DNA of 64,000 bases from an uncultured Acidobacteriaceae bacterium. Lineage in GTDB: Bacteria > Acidobacteriota > Terriglobia > Terriglobales > Acidobacteriaceae. The stretch spans positions 972,555 through 1,036,554 of the forward strand of contig CAWDNT010000008.1 of the NCBI GenBank assembly GCA_963803795.1, written 5' to 3'. The position numbers and the translations under genes were made by a program. A model generated the notes under the pieces. It ran no database searches and was not told the origin of the DNA. It worked only from the letters and a program-made list of their open reading frames with translations. Shown here piece by piece: positions 40,665 through 51,850 of the stretch (the first letter of the stretch is position 1; every line of letters begins with the position of its first letter).

Positions 40665-41168
40665 CTATTCTTTCTTGTCTTCTTCCTTCACCGGCTCGAC
40701 GCCGCCATCGTGCTGGGCTTGCGCTTCGGCATCTTCCATCGCCTTCTTCGCCTCGGCAACCTTCTTGGCACGGGCTTCGGCGCGCTTCTCGCGCTTTTCG
40801 TCCAGCACCTTTTCGCTGCCCAGCAGTTCGAGAAACGCTTTGTCGGCCCCGTCGCCCTTATTCCATCCGGTGCGGATGATCCGCGTGTACCCGCCTTCGC
40901 GATCGCCGAAGCGTGGTCCGACGGTATCGAAAAGCTTCACCAGCGCCTCGTCAGTCATGAGGTAAGCGCCGGCCAGACGCCGCGCCGCGAGGTCGCCGCG
41001 CTTGCCGAGCGTGATCATCTTCTCGACGATTGGCCGCGCCGCCTTCGCCTTGGGAACAGTCGTCTCGACCCGCTCCTCCACGATCACCGACGTGACCAGG
41101 TTCCGCAGCAACGAGCGCCGGTGCGCGGTATTCCGTCCGAGTTTGTATCCCGCAACTTTGTGACGCAT
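40665..41168 (-). CDS. rplQ: 50S ribosomal protein L17 (with about 45-aa Lys/Glu/Ala-rich C-terminal extension)
   Basis: MRHKVAGYKLGRNTAHRRSLLRNL...GGYTRIIRTG. Confidence 0.95.
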   Translation of the reverse strand: MRHKVAGYKLGRNTAHRRSLLRNLVTSVIVEERVETTVPKAKAARPIVEKMITLGKRGDLAARRLAGAYLMTDEALVKLFDTVGPRFGDREGGYTRIIRTGWNKGDGADKAFLELLGSEKVLDEKREKRAEARAKKVAEAKKAMEDAEAQAQHDGGVEPVKEEDKKE

Positions 41169-41177
41169 GGTTGAACC

Positions 41178-41290
41178 TCAGTGGCCAGTGGTCAGTGGCC
41201 AGTATTCAGTCTCTGAAAGCGTTGAAGTCAGCGGCTAGCAGCGAGTCTTTAAGGTGTTTCTGACCACCGACTACTGGCCACTGGCCACTG
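41178..41290. repeat. GTGGCCAGT word hairpin
   Basis: cagtggccagtggtcagtggccagta (left) pairs with tactggccactggccactg (right). It fills the rpoA-rplQ spacer. Confidence 0.85.
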
Positions 41291-41293
41291 TTC

Positions 41294-42331
<1,038 letters not shown>

Positions 42332-42435
42332 TTGTTTCTCCTTCGGCCGTTTGGCTCAGTCCCAGCTCACTGAGTGGTCCAACTCAGGTCAATACCGGGA
42401 TAGGCTGATCTGGCTCGAAATAAATGGACCTTACC

Positions 42436-42495
42436 GTAGAGACGTTGCTTGCAACGTCCTGGCGGCGGCAGAGACGCAGCAACCTGCGTCTCGAC
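42436..42495. repeat. AGACGT-palindrome element, dimer
   Basis: gtagagacgttgcttgcaacgtcc - ggcggcggc - agagacgcagcaacctgcgtctcgac, between rpsD and rpoA. Confidence 0.85.
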
Positions 42496-42501
42496 GGCAA
42501 C

Positions 42502-43131
42502 TTACTTACTGTACAACTCAACGATCAATTGCTCATTGACCGGCAACTGAATATCTTCACGCTTGGGCAACGAGAGCACCCGTGCGGTATACGCGTCGCG
42601 ATTCACTTCCAGCCAGTTCGGCAGCGTGCCATGACTGGCAAATTCCTTGGCCAGTTCGAGCACGGTGAGCTTCTTGCTCTTCTCGCGAATCGAAATCTCC
42701 TCGCCCGCACTCACTTCATACGAAGGAATGTTGACCTTGCGATTGTTGACCGCAACATGCCCGTGACGCACCAACTGCCGCGCCTGCCGCCGCGATTGCG
42801 CAAAGCCCAGTCGGAACACCACATTGTCGAGACGCCGCTCCAGTTGCTGCAGCAACAACTCGCCGGTTACGCCGCGGGTGCGCGCCGCTTTCTCAAAGTA
42901 GTTGCGGAACTGGCCTTCCAGCGTGAAGTAGATGCGCTTGGCTTTCTGCTTCTCGCGCAACTGCAACCCGTAGCCAACGATCTTGGCCTTGCGGTCTTTC
43001 CCATGTTGTCCGGGAGCGAAGTTGCGCTTTTCGATAGGGCACTTATCGCTGAAACATTTGGCGCCTTTGAGGAACAGCTTCATGCCCTCGCGGCGGCATA
43101 GACGGCAAACTGCATCGGTATAACGTGCCAA
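42502..43131 (-). CDS. rpsD: 30S ribosomal protein S4
   Basis: [26 protein letters not shown]..., 209 aa. Confidence 0.97.
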   Translation of the reverse strand: MARYTDAVCRLCRREGMKLFLKGAKCFSDKCPIEKRNFAPGQHGKDRKAKIVGYGLQLREKQKAKRIYFTLEGQFRNYFEKAARTRGVTGELLLQQLERRLDNVVFRLGFAQSRRQARQLVRHGHVAVNNRKVNIPSYEVSAGEEISIREKSKKLTVLELAKEFASHGTLPNWLEVNRDAYTARVLSLPKREDIQLPVNEQLIVELYSK

Positions 43132-43193
43132 GTTGTTCTCCTTTTAGATGACCGGTTTACAGGTTTGGCTTCACCCTTCATCCCGGACGAAAA

Positions 43194-43266
43194 TCAGTGG
43201 CCTGTGATCAGTGGCCAGCAACCGCTTTTGATCCTACTGGCCACTGGTCACTGACCACTGGCCACT
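43194..43266. repeat. GTGGCCAGT word hairpin
   Basis: atcagtggcctgtgatcagtggccagcaaccgcttttgatcctactggccactggtcactgaccactggccact. It contains the 56-nt core shared with 44667..44722. Confidence 0.85.
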
Positions 43267-43269
43267 TGC

Positions 43270-43701
43270 TTAAACCCTTCTCCGCTTCGGCGGACGACAC
43301 CCATTATGCGGAATCGGCGTCACGTCACGAATCGAGCGCACCTCAATGCCTGACGACGCCAGCGCCCGCACCGCCGACTCGCGTCCCGAACCCGGTCCGC
43401 TCACCCGCACGTCCACGCTGCGCACCCCATGATCGCGCGCCAGGTTGGCCGCATTCGAGGCTGCCTGCTGCGCCGCGAACGGCGTGCCTTTGCGCGATCC
43501 GCGAAAGCCCAGCGATCCCGAACTCTTCCACGACAGAACGTTGCCGTTCATGTCGGTAATGGTCACGATCGTGTTGTTGAAGGACGCCTGCACATAGCAC
43601 AACCCGTGCGGAACGTGCTTGCGCTCCTTCTTCTTGAACGTCTTCTTCTTGCCTTTTTTCTCCGGCGCGGCCGTGCCGCCCGCTGCTACTGGTTTTGCCA
43701 T
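43270..43701 (-). CDS. rpsK: 30S ribosomal protein S11
   Basis: [42 protein letters not shown]. Confidence 0.97.
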   Translation of the reverse strand: MAKPVAAGGTAAPEKKGKKKTFKKKERKHVPHGLCYVQASFNNTIVTITDMNGNVLSWKSSGSLGFRGSRKGTPFAAQQAASNAANLARDHGVRSVDVRVSGPGSGRESAVRALASSGIEVRSIRDVTPIPHNGCRPPKRRRV

Positions 43702-43705
43702 AATT

Positions 43706-43780
43706 AGTGTCCAGTGGTCAGTGGCCAGTGGTCAGTTTGTCAGTGGTTTTGCTGGCCACTGATCACTGGACACTGACACT
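43706..43780. repeat. GTGGCCAGT word hairpin
   Basis: gtgtccagtggtcagtggccagtggtcagtttgtcagtgg ... ccactgatcactggacactgacac. Confidence 0.85.
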
Positions 43781-43784
43781 GCTC

Positions 43785-44171
43785 TTACGTCTTCGTCGTA
43801 GCCTTCTTCTTGGTCGATACCGTGCCCTTGCGCGGCCCCTTGCGGGTGCGCGCGTTGGTGTGCGTGCGTTGTCCACGGACCGGCAGATTCCGGCGGTGAC
43901 GGAACCCGCGATAGGATCCGATTTCGATGAGCCGCTTGATGTTCATCGAAACTTCCTTCCGCAGATCGCCCTCCACCATTCCCTGCGCTTCAATGACCGT
44001 GCGGATCCGGTTCACTTCCTCCTCACTGAGGTCCTGAACCTTCTTCATCGGATCTACCTTGGCCTCGTCCAGAATGCTCCCGGCGCGAGGATGCCCGATC
44101 CCGTAGATATAAGTCAGCGCGATGTTGATGTGCTTCTGGCGCGGTAAGTCAACGCCTGCGATACGTGCCAT
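43785..44171 (-). CDS. rpsM: 30S ribosomal protein S13
   Basis: [26 protein letters not shown]... Confidence 0.97.
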   Translation of the reverse strand: MARIAGVDLPRQKHINIALTYIYGIGHPRAGSILDEAKVDPMKKVQDLSEEEVNRIRTVIEAQGMVEGDLRKEVSMNIKRLIEIGSYRGFRHRRNLPVRGQRTHTNARTRKGPRKGTVSTKKKATTKT

Positions 44172-44200
44172 AAATCCTTATGCCTCCAACGGCTTTCCGG

Positions 44201-44263
44201 CTTCTTAAGCTTCTAGCTCCTGGCAAATCACGGTTTAGCTAGAAGCTAGGAGCTAGAAGCTCC
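44201..44263. repeat. GCTAGAAGC word hairpin
   Basis: cttcttaagcttctagctcctgg ... gctagaagctaggagctagaagctcc. It abuts the rpmJ stop. Confidence 0.8.
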
Positions 44264-44376
44264 TATCCCTGGCGCTGTTTATGTTTCGTGTTGACGCAGA
44301 TCACCCGCACCACACCCTTGCGGTGGATGACCTTGCACTTGTCACAAATTTTCTTTACCGATGCTCGTACTTTCAT
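44263..44376 (-). CDS. rpmJ: 50S ribosomal protein L36
   Basis: Not in the ORF track because it is under 60 aa. Hand translation gives [37 protein letters not shown], the canonical L36. Confidence 0.93.
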   Translation of the reverse strand: MKVRASVKKICDKCKVIHRKGVVRVICVNTKHKQRQG

Positions 44377-44409
44377 AATTCTGTTTCCGATCTCAAAACA
44401 CGTGTTTCT

Positions 44410-44628
44410 TTATTTGTAGCGATAAACAATCCGGCCACGATTCAGATCGTAAGGCGAAAGCTCCACCGCCACTTTGTCCCCCGGCAAAATGCGGATAAAG
44501 TTCTTACGCATCTTGCCCGACACATGCGCCAGCACCTGGTGCTTGTTCTCCAGTTCCACCTTGAACATGGCATTGGGCAGCGGTTCCAGAACCACCGCCA
44601 TCACCTCAATCGCGTCCTCTTTGCTCAT
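44410..44628 (-). CDS. infA: translation initiation factor IF-1
   Basis: [56 protein letters not shown] 44628 lies 5 nt after AAGGAG. Confidence 0.95.
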   Translation of the reverse strand: MSKEDAIEVMAVVLEPLPNAMFKVELENKHQVLAHVSGKMRKNFIRILPGDKVAVELSPYDLNRGRIVYRYK

Positions 44629-44645
44629 CGACTCCTTAAAATCAG

Positions 44646-44722
44646 CAGTCAGTGGCCCATGATTCGGTGGCCAGCAACCGCTTTTGATCCTACTGGCCAC
44701 TGGTCACTGACCACCGGCCACT
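44646..44722. repeat. GTGGCCAGT word hairpin
   Basis: cagtcagtggcccatgattcggtggccagcaaccgcttttgatcctactggccactggtcactgaccaccggccact. The last 2 nt overlap the map stop codon. Confidence 0.85.
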
Positions 44723-45473
44723 ATCTTGTCAAAATCACCGGCCCATCTTTCGTCACCGCCACGCAGTGCTCGAAATGCGCGCTGAAGCTGCCGTCCACCG
44801 TGACCGCGGTCCACTTGTCTCCCAGCACTCGCGTTTCCGGCTTACCACAATTCACCATGGGCTCAATCGCGAGCACCATACCCTCGCGCAATTTCGCGCC
44901 ATGACCCCGCGCTCCGAAGTTCGGCACCTGCGGCTCTTCGTGCAGGCGCGTCCCAATGCCATGCCCAACAAATTCCCGGACCACGCTGAACCCCGCCGCT
45001 TCCACGTGCTCCTGTACTGCCGCTCCTACATCGCCCACTGAGTTGCCGATGAGCGCCTGGTCAATCCCGCGATACAGCGACTCTTCGGTCACCGTCAACA
45101 GCTTGCGCAACTCCGGCTTCACCGCTTCGCTGACCGGAACTGTGATCGCAGCGTCGCCGTAATACCCATCCAGCACCACACCGCAATCAATCGAGACGAT
45201 ATCGCCGTCCTTCAGCGCCCGCTTCTCCGACGGAATGCCATGCACAATCTCTTCATTCACCGACGTGCACAAAACGCAGGGATAATCGAAATATCCCTTA
45301 AACGCCGGCTTCGCTCCGAGTTCCGCAATCTTCTTCTCTGCCGCGCGCTCCAGATCCATCGTCGTAACGCCGGGCGCCACCATCGAGCGCACCTCGTCGA
45401 GAACCTGCCGCACGATGTGGCCGCTGTGCCGCATCCGCTCAATCTCTACCGCCGACTTGCACACAATCGCCAT
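44721..45473 (-). CDS. map: type I methionine aminopeptidase
   Basis: 250 aa with DIVSIDCGVVLDGYYGD, GHGIG and LAIEPMVN metal-ligand motifs. Confidence 0.96.
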   Translation of the reverse strand: MAIVCKSAVEIERMRHSGHIVRQVLDEVRSMVAPGVTTMDLERAAEKKIAELGAKPAFKGYFDYPCVLCTSVNEEIVHGIPSEKRALKDGDIVSIDCGVVLDGYYGDAAITVPVSEAVKPELRKLLTVTEESLYRGIDQALIGNSVGDVGAAVQEHVEAAGFSVVREFVGHGIGTRLHEEPQVPNFGARGHGAKLREGMVLAIEPMVNCGKPETRVLGDKWTAVTVDGSFSAHFEHCVAVTKDGPVILTR

Positions 45474-45488
45474 TCTTATGCTGGACCC

Positions 45489-46190
45489 TCAGGCGTTATG
45501 GTCCTCGATAATCCTGAAAATCTGCTCCGTGACCTCGTCCATCGGCCGGTCGCCATTGATCGAGATCAATCTTCCCGTGCGCTGGTAGTAATCCGCCACT
45601 GGAGTGGTTTGCTCCTGATAAGCCGCCAGCCGTGGCGCAATCACTTCCAACCGGTCATCATTGCGAGTCACCAGCTTCGCCCCTTCAATGTCACAAATTT
45701 CATCGACGCGGGGCGGCTGGAAGTGGACGTTATAGATCCGCCCACAGGTGGGACAAGAACGGCGTCCAGAGATCCGGAGCAACAACTGATTATAGTCCAC
45801 GTCCAACCGGATCACAATTGGCCACGCCCGCGTGGGCCGCGAGTTGTCAAAGAACTTGTCCTCAAGCAGCGCATCCAGCCACCCCGCCTGGGCCGCGGTT
45901 CGCGGAAACCCGTCCAGTATGTAGCCCCGCTTGCAGTCCGGCTGCTTCAGTCTCAGCCGGACCATCTCACAAACCAGATCGTCGGAAACCAACTCCCCTC
46001 GAGACATGACCGCCTTGGCAGCCATTCCAAGTTCCGTACCCTGCACCACATTTTCCCGCAGGATGTCTCCGGTGGAGACCTGCGGAATCAGATACCGTTC
46101 CATGATGCGCTTGGCCTGGGTACCTTTACCCGCGCCCGGCGGTCCAAGCAGAACCACGGGACCTACGTCACGTGAGGTTTCCTGCGCCAT
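45489..46190 (-). CDS. adk: adenylate kinase (long lid with CPTCGRIYN)
   Basis: VVLLGPPGAGKGTQ P-loop and GYILDGFPRT. ATG 46190 (MAQETSRDVG...) is preferred over 46238. Confidence 0.93.
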   Translation of the reverse strand: MAQETSRDVGPVVLLGPPGAGKGTQAKRIMERYLIPQVSTGDILRENVVQGTELGMAAKAVMSRGELVSDDLVCEMVRLRLKQPDCKRGYILDGFPRTAAQAGWLDALLEDKFFDNSRPTRAWPIVIRLDVDYNQLLLRISGRRSCPTCGRIYNVHFQPPRVDEICDIEGAKLVTRNDDRLEVIAPRLAAYQEQTTPVADYYQRTGRLISINGDRPMDEVTEQIFRIIEDHNA

Positions 46191-46235
46191 CGAGTTGGCC
46201 AAAGCCTCCCGAACAGTGTTCAGCAACCCCACAAC

Positions 46236-46333
46236 CAAATTTGTAACTGGGTAATTTGGTAATCTGGCAATCTACTATCGCGTTGCTGTTGATCTTCAAT
46301 CACCAAATTACGCGATTACTAAATTACAAAATC
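46236..46333. repeat. AATTACCAAAT word inverted repeat
   Basis: caaatttgtaactgggtaatttggtaatctggcaatc ... caatcaccaaattacgcgattactaaattacaaaatc, between secY and adk. Confidence 0.8.
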
Positions 46334-46335
46334 TC

Positions 46336-47754
46336 TTACGACCAGTTTCTGCGCCCCCGAATCCGTCCGCTGCGCGGCGTGAATCCATCGTAATGCCGCA
46401 TGATCAGCTGTGCCTCGACCTGCGTAACCGTATCCATGGCCACGCCCACCACGATCAGCAGCGACGTTCCGCCAAAGTAAAAATTCACTCCCAGCCCGTT
46501 CGTCACCCACACCGGAAGCCGCTCAAACAGCGACCCTCCCAGCCAGAACGGCAAGTGGTTCAAATGAATACCGGTGATCATCCACTCCGGAATGAACGAG
46601 ATAACGATGAGATACAGCGCGCCCACCAGCGTGATGCGGGTCAGAACCTCGTTGATGTAGTCAGCCGTGCGTTTCCCCGGACGGATCCCCGGAATAAATC
46701 CGCCATACTTCCGCATATTGTCGGCGACTTCGCTGGGATTGAAAACAATCGACACATAGAAGTACGCGAAGAAGATAATTCCGACCGCGTACAGTACCGT
46801 ATAGAGCGGCTCGCCCCACCCCAGCATCCGAATCAGGTCGCCGAAGTAGCGGCTGTTCTTCAATCCGTAACCGATAGTCTGAGGCAATGTAAGAATCGAA
46901 GACGCGAAGATCACCGGCATCACGCCACCCGCATTCACCCGAAGCGGAAGATGCGTCGACTGCCCGCCCATCACTTTCCGTCCCACCACCCGCTTCGCGT
47001 ACTGCACCGGAATGCGCCGTTCGCATCGTTCCACGTACACGATGAAGGCCACCACCGCAATCATGAACACGACCAGGCCAGCCATCAGCACCGGCGTGAT
47101 CGCTCCCCACGTCCCGTTCTTCGCTTTCTCGATCAGATCCTGCACGCCGCGCGGCAGGCCCACCACAATGCCGGCAAAGATCAGCAATGACATGCCGTTG
47201 CCGATCCCGCGATCCGTGATCTGTTCGCCCAGCCACATGACAAACGCGCTGCCCGTGGTCAGGGTCAACATCGTCATCAGAACGAACGGAATACCAGGGT
47301 GAAGTACAAAGTCTCCGGCTTTTTCCAGCCCAATGGCAATGCCGAACGATTGCACCGCGCTGAGCATCACAGTGAGGTAGCGGGTCCACATTGTGATCTT
47401 CTTGCGGCCCATCTCGCCTTCTTTTTGCAGCTTGGCCAGCGGTTCATACACCACGGTCAAAAGTTGCAAAATGATCGATGCCGTAATGTACGGCATGATG
47501 CCCAGAGCAAAGAGGGTGAGACGGCGCAGATTGCCGCCGGAAAATAGATCGACGAACCCCAGCAGCGATCCCGCGTTCTGATTGAAATACTGCTCCAGCT
47601 TAAGGAAGTTCACTCCAGGCGTGGGCAGATGTCCGCCCAGCCGGTAAACCGCGAGCATGGCCAGCGTGAACAGGACCCGCTTCCGCAAGTCGGGAATGCG
47701 GAAGATGTTCGCCAGCTTCCCCCAGATTGGAAACACTCCACTCTCAGCCGCCAT
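46336..47754 (-). CDS. secY: preprotein translocase subunit SecY
   Basis: 472 aa, 10 TM helices, with LFALGIMPYITASIILQLL. Its start overlaps the rplO stop (TAATG). Confidence 0.97.
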   Translation of the reverse strand: MAAESGVFPIWGKLANIFRIPDLRKRVLFTLAMLAVYRLGGHLPTPGVNFLKLEQYFNQNAGSLLGFVDLFSGGNLRRLTLFALGIMPYITASIILQLLTVVYEPLAKLQKEGEMGRKKITMWTRYLTVMLSAVQSFGIAIGLEKAGDFVLHPGIPFVLMTMLTLTTGSAFVMWLGEQITDRGIGNGMSLLIFAGIVVGLPRGVQDLIEKAKNGTWGAITPVLMAGLVVFMIAVVAFIVYVERCERRIPVQYAKRVVGRKVMGGQSTHLPLRVNAGGVMPVIFASSILTLPQTIGYGLKNSRYFGDLIRMLGWGEPLYTVLYAVGIIFFAYFYVSIVFNPSEVADNMRKYGGFIPGIRPGKRTADYINEVLTRITLVGALYLIVISFIPEWMITGIHLNHLPFWLGGSLFERLPVWVTNGLGVNFYFGGTSLLIVVGVAMDTVTQVEAQLIMRHYDGFTPRSGRIRGRRNWS

Positions 47755-48203
47755 TACTGCAAGACCTCAACCTTGCCGCCCGCCTTGGTAATTTTTTCCT
47801 GCGCCGACTTGGAAAACTTGTGCGCGTGCACCGTGATCGCAATCGTCAACTCGCCGTCGCCCAAAATCTTCACCGGCAGCTTGGCCTTAATCACTCCCGC
47901 CTTGCGCAGAACTTCGGGCGTGATCGGCGACGCGTGCAGTTCCCCGCCCAGCGCCACCAGCCGTTCCAGGCTGACGATGTTGAATTCCTTGCGAAAAATG
48001 TTGGTGAAGCCGCGCTTCGGCATGCGCCGGTGCAGCGGCATCTGCCCGCCCTCAAATCCGCGGATCAGGCGCATACCGGTGCGCGAGCGCTGCCCCTTGT
48101 GTCCGCGAGTCGAGGTCTTCCCCATGCCGGAGCCCATACCGCGCCCCACCCGTTTGCGCTTTTCCGTAGCCTTCTTCGGTGCTCGAATATTGGATAAATT
48201 CAT
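47754..48203 (-). CDS. rplO: 50S ribosomal protein L15
   Basis: MNLSNIRAPKKATEKRKRVGRGMGSGMGKTSTRGHKGQ. ATG 48203 is preferred. Confidence 0.95.
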   Translation of the reverse strand: MNLSNIRAPKKATEKRKRVGRGMGSGMGKTSTRGHKGQRSRTGMRLIRGFEGGQMPLHRRMPKRGFTNIFRKEFNIVSLERLVALGGELHASPITPEVLRKAGVIKAKLPVKILGDGELTIAITVHAHKFSKSAQEKITKAGGKVEVLQ

Positions 48204-48230
48204 AAATGCTTCCTGCGTATCCCGTCTGTC

Positions 48231-48293
48231 GTAGAGACGTTGCTTGCAACGTCTTGCCGCCGCCGGCAAAGACGTAGCAAGCTACGTTTCTAC
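48231..48293. repeat. AGACGT-palindrome element, dimer
   Basis: gtagagacgttgcttgcaacgtct-tgccgccgccggca-aagacgtagcaagctacgtttctac. It overlaps the rpmD stop codon. Confidence 0.85.
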
Positions 48294-48493
48294 TTCAAGA
48301 TCTCCACCAGGTGCGGAACCTTTGCCACCATGCCCCGAATCGCCGCATTATCCGGACGCTCGATCACCTGGTTCAGCCGCGTAAATCCCAGTCCCTTGAC
48401 CACCAGTTTCTGCTTCACCGGGGCGCAAATGGCCGAAACCACCCACTTCAGGTGAATCTTTCCGGCAACCGCTTTCGGTTTCTTCGTAGTCAT
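48290..48493 (-). CDS. rpmD: 50S ribosomal protein L30
   Basis: 67 aa, KQKLVVKGLGFTRLNQVIERPDNAAIRGMVAKVPHLV. Confidence 0.93.
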   Translation of the reverse strand: MTTKKPKAVAGKIHLKWVVSAICAPVKQKLVVKGLGFTRLNQVIERPDNAAIRGMVAKVPHLVEILK

Positions 48494-48537
48494 CGATAAT
48501 TCCTCAATCCCTAACCGCCATTTCTAGGTACTAGGTA

Positions 48538-49047
48538 CTACAACTCCTGCATCGACTTCCCGCGCATGGCTGCAACGCTCTCCCGGCTCTTGAGGTGCCG
48601 CAGTGCGTCGAATGTAGCTTTGATCACGTTGTGGGGATTCGTCGTGCCGATCGACTTGGTCAGCACATTCTGGATTCCCACCGACGTCATCACTGCCCGC
48701 ACCGCGCCGCCGGCAATCACTCCCGTGCCTTCTGGAGCAGGCTTGAGCAGCACTTTCCCCGAACCATACCGTCCCAGCACCAGATGCGGGATCGAAGTCT
48801 GCGTCAGGTTCACCTTGATCAGGTTCTTCTTCGCCGCCTCGATCGCCTTGCGAATGGCCTGCGGAACTTCCTTGGCCTTGCCCGCGCCATGTCCCACCAC
48901 CGCCGCCGAAGGATCCCCCACCACCACCAGCGCCGCAAACGAAAGGTTCTTGCCGCCCTTCACCACTTTGGTCACGCGGTTGATGGCCACGACCTGGTCT
49001 TTCAACTGAAACGAATTTGGATCGAGCTTCTTAACGACTGTTGGCAT
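48538..49047 (-). CDS. rpsE: 30S ribosomal protein S5
   Basis: [27 protein letters not shown]... Confidence 0.97.
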   Translation of the reverse strand: MPTVVKKLDPNSFQLKDQVVAINRVTKVVKGGKNLSFAALVVVGDPSAAVVGHGAGKAKEVPQAIRKAIEAAKKNLIKVNLTQTSIPHLVLGRYGSGKVLLKPAPEGTGVIAGGAVRAVMTSVGIQNVLTKSIGTTNPHNVIKATFDALRHLKSRESVAAMRGKSMQEL

Positions 49048-49063
49048 TCTTAGACTCTCGTTT

Positions 49064-49160
49064 CATTTCGCGATTGTGCGATCGGGTGATTTTGCGATTG
49101 AAAACCCTTCGTCGAACGCGTTCCAATCGCCCAATGACTCAATTGCACAGTCGCTCAATT
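49064..49160. repeat. CAATCGC/GCGATTG word hairpin
   Basis: catttcgcgattgtgcgatcgggtgattttgcgattgaaaac ... ccaatcgcccaatgactcaattgcacagtcgctcaatt. Confidence 0.8.
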
Positions 49161-49161
49161 C

Positions 49162-49527
49162 CTAGAATTGCAATCCCGCCTCACGCGCTGCATCGGCCAG
49201 CGCTTTCACCCGCCCGTGGTAAATGTAGCCGCCTCGGTCAAACACGACCTTGCTGACGCCCTTGGCTTTGGCCCGCTCCGCGATCGTCTTGCCCAATGCC
49301 TTCGCCGCCGCCACGTTGCCGCCGGTACGCCGTTCTTCCTTCTTACCCTCGGCCGAACTCGCCGATACCAGCGTCGTGCCGTGCAGGTCATCGATCACTT
49401 GCACATAAATGTGATTCAGCGAACGATAAACATTCAGCCGTGGACGCTCCGCCGTACCCTGCATCTTCTTGCGGATGCGGTCGTGAATGTGTCCGCGCTT
49501 CTGGTTCTTCGATTTCTTCGTAAACAT
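49162..49527 (-). CDS. rplR: 50S ribosomal protein L18
   Basis: [20 protein letters not shown]...[28 protein letters not shown]. Confidence 0.97.
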   Translation of the reverse strand: MFTKKSKNQKRGHIHDRIRKKMQGTAERPRLNVYRSLNHIYVQVIDDLHGTTLVSASSAEGKKEERRTGGNVAAAKALGKTIAERAKAKGVSKVVFDRGGYIYHGRVKALADAAREAGLQF

Positions 49528-49562
49528 AGAATCTGTCCTCTACCCGGCAGTGACGATTACGC

Positions 49563-50102
49563 CTACTTCGCTCCGGTCTTACCCACTTTCTTCTTCAACC
49601 TCTCGCCCGCATACCGCACACCCTTGTTCTTGTACGGATCCGGCGGACGCAGCGACCGCATTTCCGCCGCCACCTGCCCCACTTGCTGCCGGTCGATTCC
49701 AGTGAGCGAAATCTTAGTCTGCTTGGGATCCACTGCAGCCTCGACGCCGGTAGGCAGCGGATACTCGATGGGATGCGAATACCCCAGGCTGAACACCACC
49801 GTCCCTTTGCCCTTCATCTCGGCGCGGTAGCCGATGCCCACAATCTCAAGGTCGCGCGTCCAGCCCTTGGTCACGCCCTCAACCGCATTGTTCACCAGCG
49901 CGCGCGCCAGTCCGTGCAAAGCAGCCTGCGAATCATTCTCGCGGATGGCGACAATGTTCCCATCCTTCTGCTCCACCTTGATGCCGGTGGGAAGAGCCGT
50001 GTCCAACTTGCCCTTCGGCCCCTGCACCAGCACCGTGTTGCCTTCGATTTTGACCGTCACCCCATTGGGGATCGGGATCGGCTTTTTTCCAATTCGTGAC
50101 AT
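49563..50102 (-). CDS. rplF: 50S ribosomal protein L6
   Basis: [33 protein letters not shown]... Confidence 0.97.
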   Translation of the reverse strand: MSRIGKKPIPIPNGVTVKIEGNTVLVQGPKGKLDTALPTGIKVEQKDGNIVAIRENDSQAALHGLARALVNNAVEGVTKGWTRDLEIVGIGYRAEMKGKGTVVFSLGYSHPIEYPLPTGVEAAVDPKQTKISLTGIDRQQVGQVAAEMRSLRPPDPYKNKGVRYAGERLKKKVGKTGAK

Positions 50103-50121
50103 AAGGTCTCTTTACTCGTCC

Positions 50122-50198
50122 AGACGTAGCTTGCTACGTCTCGCTCTACCTATGGTTCGGAATGCCGCCGGCGAAGACGTAGCCAGCTACGTCTCTAC
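50122..50198. repeat. AGACGT-palindrome element, dimer
   Basis: agacgtagcttgctacgtct ... gccgccggcga-agacgtagccagctacgtctctac, between rpsH and rplF. Confidence 0.85.
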
Positions 50199-50203
50199 AA
50201 CAG

Positions 50204-50602
50204 CTACCAGATCTCGCACAACAACTCCCCGCCCACACCTTCCTTGCGCGCCTGCCGTCCCGTCATCACCCCGCGCGGCGTCGTGAGGATGTTGATCCCC
50301 ATACCGCCGAGCACTCGCGGAATCTCGCTGCGCCGCACGTAGACCCGGCACCCGGGGCGCGAAACCCGTTCCACCTTCGAAATCGCCGCCTCGTTGTGCG
50401 CCCCATATTTCAAATAGATCCGGATGACCTTGTGACCTTCTTCTTCCGTGGCCTTGAAATTCGAGATATAGCCTTCTTCCTTCAGGATGCGGGCGATCTC
50501 CACCTTCAACCGGGAAGCCGGAACGTCCACCTTCTGGTGCCGCGCCTGCAGCGCGTTGCGCACCCTCGTCAACATGTCTGCGACCGGATCGGTCAATCTC
50601 AT
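50204..50602 (-). CDS. rpsH: 30S ribosomal protein S8
   Basis: MRLTDPVADMLTRVRNALQARHQKVDVPASRLK... Confidence 0.97.
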   Translation of the reverse strand: MRLTDPVADMLTRVRNALQARHQKVDVPASRLKVEIARILKEEGYISNFKATEEEGHKVIRIYLKYGAHNEAAISKVERVSRPGCRVYVRRSEIPRVLGGMGINILTTPRGVMTGRQARKEGVGGELLCEIW

Positions 50603-50683
50603 CGTTTGCTTCTCCTCTCGCCACCCGTTCGCTCCGCACCCACCGGAGAACCTGCAGCGGCTCGCTTACTTCTTAACGCCATC

Positions 50684-50793
50684 GTCATCCCGAGCGAGAC
50701 GTTCTTTGTCTCGCCCTGTCATCCTGAGCGAGACGCCTTTTGTCTCGCCCTGTCATCCTGAGCGAGACGCCTTTTGTCTCGCGAAGGATCTCC
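50684..50793. repeat. three tandem 34-nt GTCATCCTGAGCGAGACG hairpin units
   Basis: Units start at 50684, 50718 and 50752. Each contains GCGAGAC-loop-GTCTCGC, and the last ends in gcgaaggatctcc. The shadow ORFs show repeated [13 protein letters not shown]. Confidence 0.88.
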
Positions 50794-50816
50794 CGCTCCA
50801 CGGACCCGGAAGCTCC

Positions 50817-51032
50817 CTACCAGGACGACTTCGACACTCCCGGAATCTCCCCGAGCAGCGCCAGTTGCCGGAAACACATGCGGCATAAGCCAAACTTGCG
50901 CAGATACGCTCGCGGCCGTCCGCACCGCTTGCAGCGATTGTGCTTGCGCGTGGAAAACTTCGGCTTCTTTACGTTCGCTGGGCGCTGTGTCTGCTCAACG
51001 CCGTCCTTAACCCGCTTTGCCATTGTTGCCAT
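50817..51032 (-). CDS. rpsN: 30S ribosomal protein S14 (zinc-binding type Z)
   Basis: [38 protein letters not shown]. The start is ATG 51032 or 51023. Confidence 0.95.
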   Translation of the reverse strand: MATMAKRVKDGVEQTQRPANVKKPKFSTRKHNRCKRCGRPRAYLRKFGLCRMCFRQLALLGEIPGVSKSSW

Positions 51033-51065
51033 GTAGCTTCCAACTCCCGGCTTCCCAGCCTTTTG

Positions 51066-51105
51066 CGAAACCTTAGAAACGTTGAAACGTTGAAACCTTG
51101 AAACT
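51066..51105. repeat. AAACCTTGAAAC word tandem repeat
   Basis: gaaaccttagaaacgttgaaacgttgaaaccttgaaacta, between rplE and rpsN. Confidence 0.8.
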
Positions 51106-51110
51106 AAGTC

Positions 51111-51731
51111 TTAAGCTCTAAACGGCATTCCCAGATGCTTCAACAGCGTCCGCGCCTGGTTGTCGTTCGCCGCCGTAGTCACAATCGTGACGTTCATGCC
51201 CTTCTGCTTGTCGACCTTCTCGTAGGAAATCTCCGGAAAGATCAACTGGTCATGCAGCCCGATCGTGTAATTCCCCCGCCCGTCGAACGACTTCGTGGAA
51301 ACGCCCTTGAAGTCGCGCACCCGCGGCAGAACAATATTCACCAGACGGTCGAAAAACTCGTACATGCGGTCGCCGCGCAGTGTAACCATGGTTCCAATCG
51401 CCTGCCCTTCGCGCACCTTGAACGCCGCAATCGACTTCTTGGCCTTGGTAATGATCGGCTTCTGCCCCGTGATCTGCCCCAGTTCGTTCACCGCGGGATC
51501 CATCACCTTCGAATTCTGCGTGGCTTCGCCCATGCCCATGTTCACCACGATCTTGTTGAGCCGTGGTACCGCCATCGCATTGTTGAGTTCCAGTTCCTTC
51601 AACAACGCCGGAGCCACTTCCTTGTCAAACTTCGTGCGCAGCCGCGGCCGCTCCTTGGCGCTGTGCCGCGCCTGCTCCGGAGCCTTCTGCTCCTGCGCCG
51701 AATCCTTCGATGATTTCTTGTCCTTAGCCAT
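51111..51731 (-). CDS. rplE: 50S ribosomal protein L5 (about 25-aa Lys-rich N-terminal extension)
   Basis: [42 protein letters not shown]... Confidence 0.96.
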   Translation of the reverse strand: MAKDKKSSKDSAQEQKAPEQARHSAKERPRLRTKFDKEVAPALLKELELNNAMAVPRLNKIVVNMGMGEATQNSKVMDPAVNELGQITGQKPIITKAKKSIAAFKVREGQAIGTMVTLRGDRMYEFFDRLVNIVLPRVRDFKGVSTKSFDGRGNYTIGLHDQLIFPEISYEKVDKQKGMNVTIVTTAANDNQARTLLKHLGMPFRA

Positions 51732-51753
51732 CGCGTCTCTTCAACCCCGTAAG

Positions 51754-51850
51754 AATTGAGCGATTTTTCGATTGAGCCATCTGGCGATTGAAAGTCAAAA
51801 ACCCAAGATTCCCAATCGCTCAATCACCCGATCGCCCAATCACTCAATCA
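51754..51850. repeat. CAATCGC/GCGATTG word hairpin
   Basis: gaattgagcgatttttcgattgagccatctggcgattgaaagtc ... cccaatcgctcaatcacccgatcgcccaatcactcaatca. It overlaps the rplX stop. Confidence 0.8.
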
